From Camelus dromedarius (Eukaryota): a stretch of DNA of 64,000 nt. The position numbers and the translations under genes are program-made. The notes under the pieces were generated by a model. That model was not told where the DNA came from and made no database searches. It saw only the letters and a program-made list of their open reading frames with translations. The stretch covers positions 81,718,001 to 81,782,000 of the forward strand of contig NC_087437.1 of the NCBI RefSeq assembly GCF_036321535.1, in the 5' to 3' direction. Positions 60,403-64,000 of this stretch are shown piece by piece. The stretch's first letter is position 1. Each line of letters opens with the position of its first letter.

Positions 60403-62659
60403 CTATAGGGAAATACAAATGAGAAAACTTTCATCTTAGCATGATGAAGTGTCAACTAAAGATGTGGATGCCAAAGTACCTATTGTCATGCACGTATTCT
60501 CCAGAGTATCTTGATAATATTCCATAGACAAAGAGATACTGGAAAATGCACTAAGGGCTTTTATGCAGGGGCTGGGCTGAGAGAATTTGTGAGAAAGTAC
60601 AAATGACTTAAGACTGGAAAATCTTTGAACAAAGGTCAAAATGCGTGAATGAGTGTGTGTATATATATGTTTAAGGTGATGGTACAGGATATTAAAGATT
60701 GAAGACAGTGGCTAGATTTGTAAAATACAGGGAGAAATAGATGTGATTAAAATTAAGATGTGGTAAGAAAGTCATTGACTACTATGACTGGTGTTTTCTA
60801 TGAACCAGCAATGTACAGGCCTGTTTTTCCCAGTCACTCATCTATTATTTTGTTATCCATTCCTCTCCTCTTCTCAAAAAGCATAGAAAATCTAAAGTAG
60901 GATAATTTACTTTTGGATATGTTTACTTACATTTTTATAAAACCAGCTGCACCAAATGCCTTCCCTGTAGTGACTATAAAATGAATGTTTCTGCTGATGG
61001 TCTGACAAACGTCTCAGCACCACGGCATCCTGAGTAATTGATCCTGCCTGTTGCCTTGACCTCTGAGTACCCTATACAGTTTAGTGCTATTTTTACCCTG
61101 TGTGTTTTTTTTAAGTGTAGAAAAACAGGAAATTTGGACTAAGATCTTGATTTATAAAATAGAATGCTTCAGATTCCATATTTATTAATCATAAGCCATT
61201 ATATAAAATGTTTCCTGTGTTGGATCTTTTATTCAACATTTTCAAACAAGTTGCCAAGTAAGATATAAAATGTAAGTGAAAACTTACTCTGAATTTTTCT
61301 TGATTAAGTTTCCATTACAACTAGAGAGTACTCAGTTTAAGCTGGTAAGCTGCTAACTAAGGCAATCTTGTCTCCACTGGCTCCGTTCAAAATGATCACA
61401 GATGAAGTTTTCTATTCAAGTTTGCAGACAGCCTGAAGAATAAGAATGCCTATGGCCTGAAGCCAGAGAGATATAATGCTATATAATTTCTTCAAGCCCA
61501 GGACCAGCAGTTTCTAGACTCTGTTTCAGTTGTATAGAAGGAGATTCAAAACGCTCAGGACTAAAGTAACATGGGAATCTTGAAATTTCACTCCTCAGTT
61601 AAAACAAAAACCTGCAAAGTATAACTGCTTCATAGATAAAGAAAAGAAAGATATTATGACCTCTTTTATTCAGAAAGATAAGATGTCTTGTGGATGCAGA
61701 TGCATGTTAATTTGATGCCAATTAGAAGCTGGGCCAAGGCCAGTAATATGTCACAGAAGCTGCCAGATGGTCATAAGAGTCCAATTACAGACCAGGCCAA
61801 CATTCAGCTCATGCTCCTATGGCAAAGGCCTGGATACGATTAGCAGATCCCTGAAGGCATACAGCAATATCTTGTCATCAGTGTCAACGTTTTGGGAAAG
61901 GAGATGTAGAAACCTGTTCCATTTTCTTATTTAGCAAATGGGGGTGCTCTCTAAGAGTATGGTTCAATGTGCAAGGTTGTATTTATGCTAGGTTTACAAA
62001 GCCAATTAAACACGACTCAAATTAAATGTGAAGATGAGCTCAGCTATAAGGATATGGATTCTCCAATTATGGAAGAAAAAATAAAAACATAATTCTGAAT
62101 CATGCAAAGGAAAAAAGAAACATGCTTGACGATTGCTTTTGTTAAGATACTATATCAGGTTTACATATTAGGTTCAAATTCTTACATCATCTTAGAGGAA
62201 ACACAGTATGAGACTTGTTTTCTGGGAGCAGCCACTTTAGCTGGTTGTGGCAGAGTGCTAATGAAGAAGCAAGTTTAGGGGGGTCAATTTCCATAGAAGT
62301 GAGAGGACTTTATGAAGCAATACAAATCCCATAGTACTGAAATTCCTAAACTTTGTCAGCTGCCTTACAAATGCTGATGTTTACCCTCAGAAAGACTAGG
62401 TAAGAAGATGAGGAAGACTCAAGGCAGGCCACCCAACCATTTCTAGAAACCAATTCCAACAGTATCTGTCTTTGACAGTTAATAAGTAATGTTATCTCTT
62501 TATGTAGCGATTTTAAATATGTACTCTAAATACAGAGTTAAAAATTTAGAAGAATCACACTTGCCCAAAAATATACAAAAAACTTATTAAGCTTTAAATG
62601 AAGCAATTAGGGTATGTTTTCAATTTCTTAAAGCATCAAAAATTATATCCTTTAAGAAT

Positions 62660-62848
62660 GATTCTTCTGCTTAAACATGGCAAATCATTCTCAAAACGCC
62701 ACTAAAATGAAAATAAAGGAAACTAAAAAGGTATTAAGTCTACAAGGCCTAAGAAACCAGGAGAGGATGACAGTAGTAGAGAGATTTCAACAATTTTCTG
62801 GAAAATAGAAAGTGGTTGAAATGAAATGGAAGCCATATTTAGGAGACG

Positions 62849-62884
<36 letters not shown>

Positions 62885-64000
62885 TGGCACTTGGCTTTTC
62901 CCCTGTCGGACTCTGAAAAGGTTCAGAAGTTGGTGGCACAAGGTACTGCAGAGAGGAAAGGGTTTAAAAGAAGGAGACTGGCTGAGGGTTTATATTTAAA
63001 ATGATTAGCTTCCCTTCTACTCCCATCTGGCTATATTTTCTGCCCAGGCAGTCAAGCAACTATCCTATTGCTGGTTCTTGTCATTTTGCTCTCCTGGAAG
63101 AAGACGGGAGGTTTATTCTCTGGAGAGAACAAGAAGATCAAGAAGTCTGGCACTGAAGAGATAGGGAAGTCAGTGGTTGAGGCTCATTTCCTTTTCCTGT
63201 CTTTGTTTCAGGATGTCTCAAGCCAGGCTCATGTAGTAACACGTAGGAGATTACTGAATTCTTCTCTAAAGGCTTAAGAGAAATGCCATAAGAGAGGGAC
63301 ATTTGGGGATTCTATAGTAAAAGTTCAGCTTTGTTATCATTATCACTCTACCATGAAGTCTACTAATTAAAAAGCTGCACTTATGCACAAAATTTTCCAT
63401 AACCTTTTAGTGTGTCTCTTTTTAATATGAATAGACAGCTAAGGTTCATCAGACATCTAAGGAAAGCCTCCAACACAAGAGCAGATAAACAACAAAAAGA
63501 AAAAAGAATCCTGAGGAAACAGACACAGTACTTCAAAACAATTACAATTAATATTCTCAGAGAGAGAAAGGAAGAGTTTTGATCCATGAAACAAGAACAG
63601 GATGTTATTAAAAAAGAAAAAAAAATCAGAAAAATTTTAAACATTAAAACAAATAACAAAGTTGGGGTAAAAATGCAGGAGGAAAGTATGAAGATAACAT
63701 AGAGGAAATCTCTCAGAAAGATGAAAAATAGTAAGAAAAAAAAAGGTAAGAAAATTAGAGAATTACCCCTGAGAGAGTCAACATACCAATAAAAGGTATT
63801 ATAGAAAAAAAATAGTCATATTAAACAGCAGAGAAGGAGTGATTAAAAAATAATATAAGACAAACTTTCCAGGACTGAGGAAACTTAATAGAATATTAAA
63901 CTCCAAACTGAAAGCCCATGAAGAATATGGTAAAATGAAAAAGAAAAATACCCACACTAAGAAGCATCATTGTGAAATTGTAGAACATCCTGGACAAACA
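62660..64000 (+). mobile_element. Ancient L1/HAL1 5' region and ORF1 remnant, running off the window end
   Basis: A-rich; aaactttccaggactga and cacactaagaagcatcattgtgaaattg resemble ORF1 NFP and PRHIIVK motifs; includes (GA)n at about 62851-62881. Confidence 0.62.

Overview
Mammalian genomic DNA, probably camelid: it carries two tRNA-derived SINEs resembling camelid Vic-1. Two spliced genes lie in tandem on the minus strand, and I reconstructed both exon by exon from the sequence. The first is the 3' part of CMSS1 (8 coding exons, 60402->43292, 228 codons plus stop; its 5' exons lie beyond the window). The second is a complete, intact TMEM30C/CDC50C, the testis-type P4-ATPase flippase beta subunit (7 coding exons, 39420->17434, 344 aa). 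The last TMEM30C intron has a consensus U12-type (minor spliceosome) signature. The rest is intronic or intergenic DNA rich in transposon relics: L1s with target-site duplications (TSDs), L2/MIR, MLT1/MLT2/LTR16/ERV1-type LTRs, Tigger2/MER8, MER5, MER20, MADE2, and a near full-length hAT-Blackjack fossil with a perfect 8-bp TSD and a 62-bp templated self-insertion. Most entries in the ORF track are spurious or L1 fragments. Gene and repeat family names come from my recollection of known sequences, not from database searches. I found no evidence of a wholly new multi-gene system.
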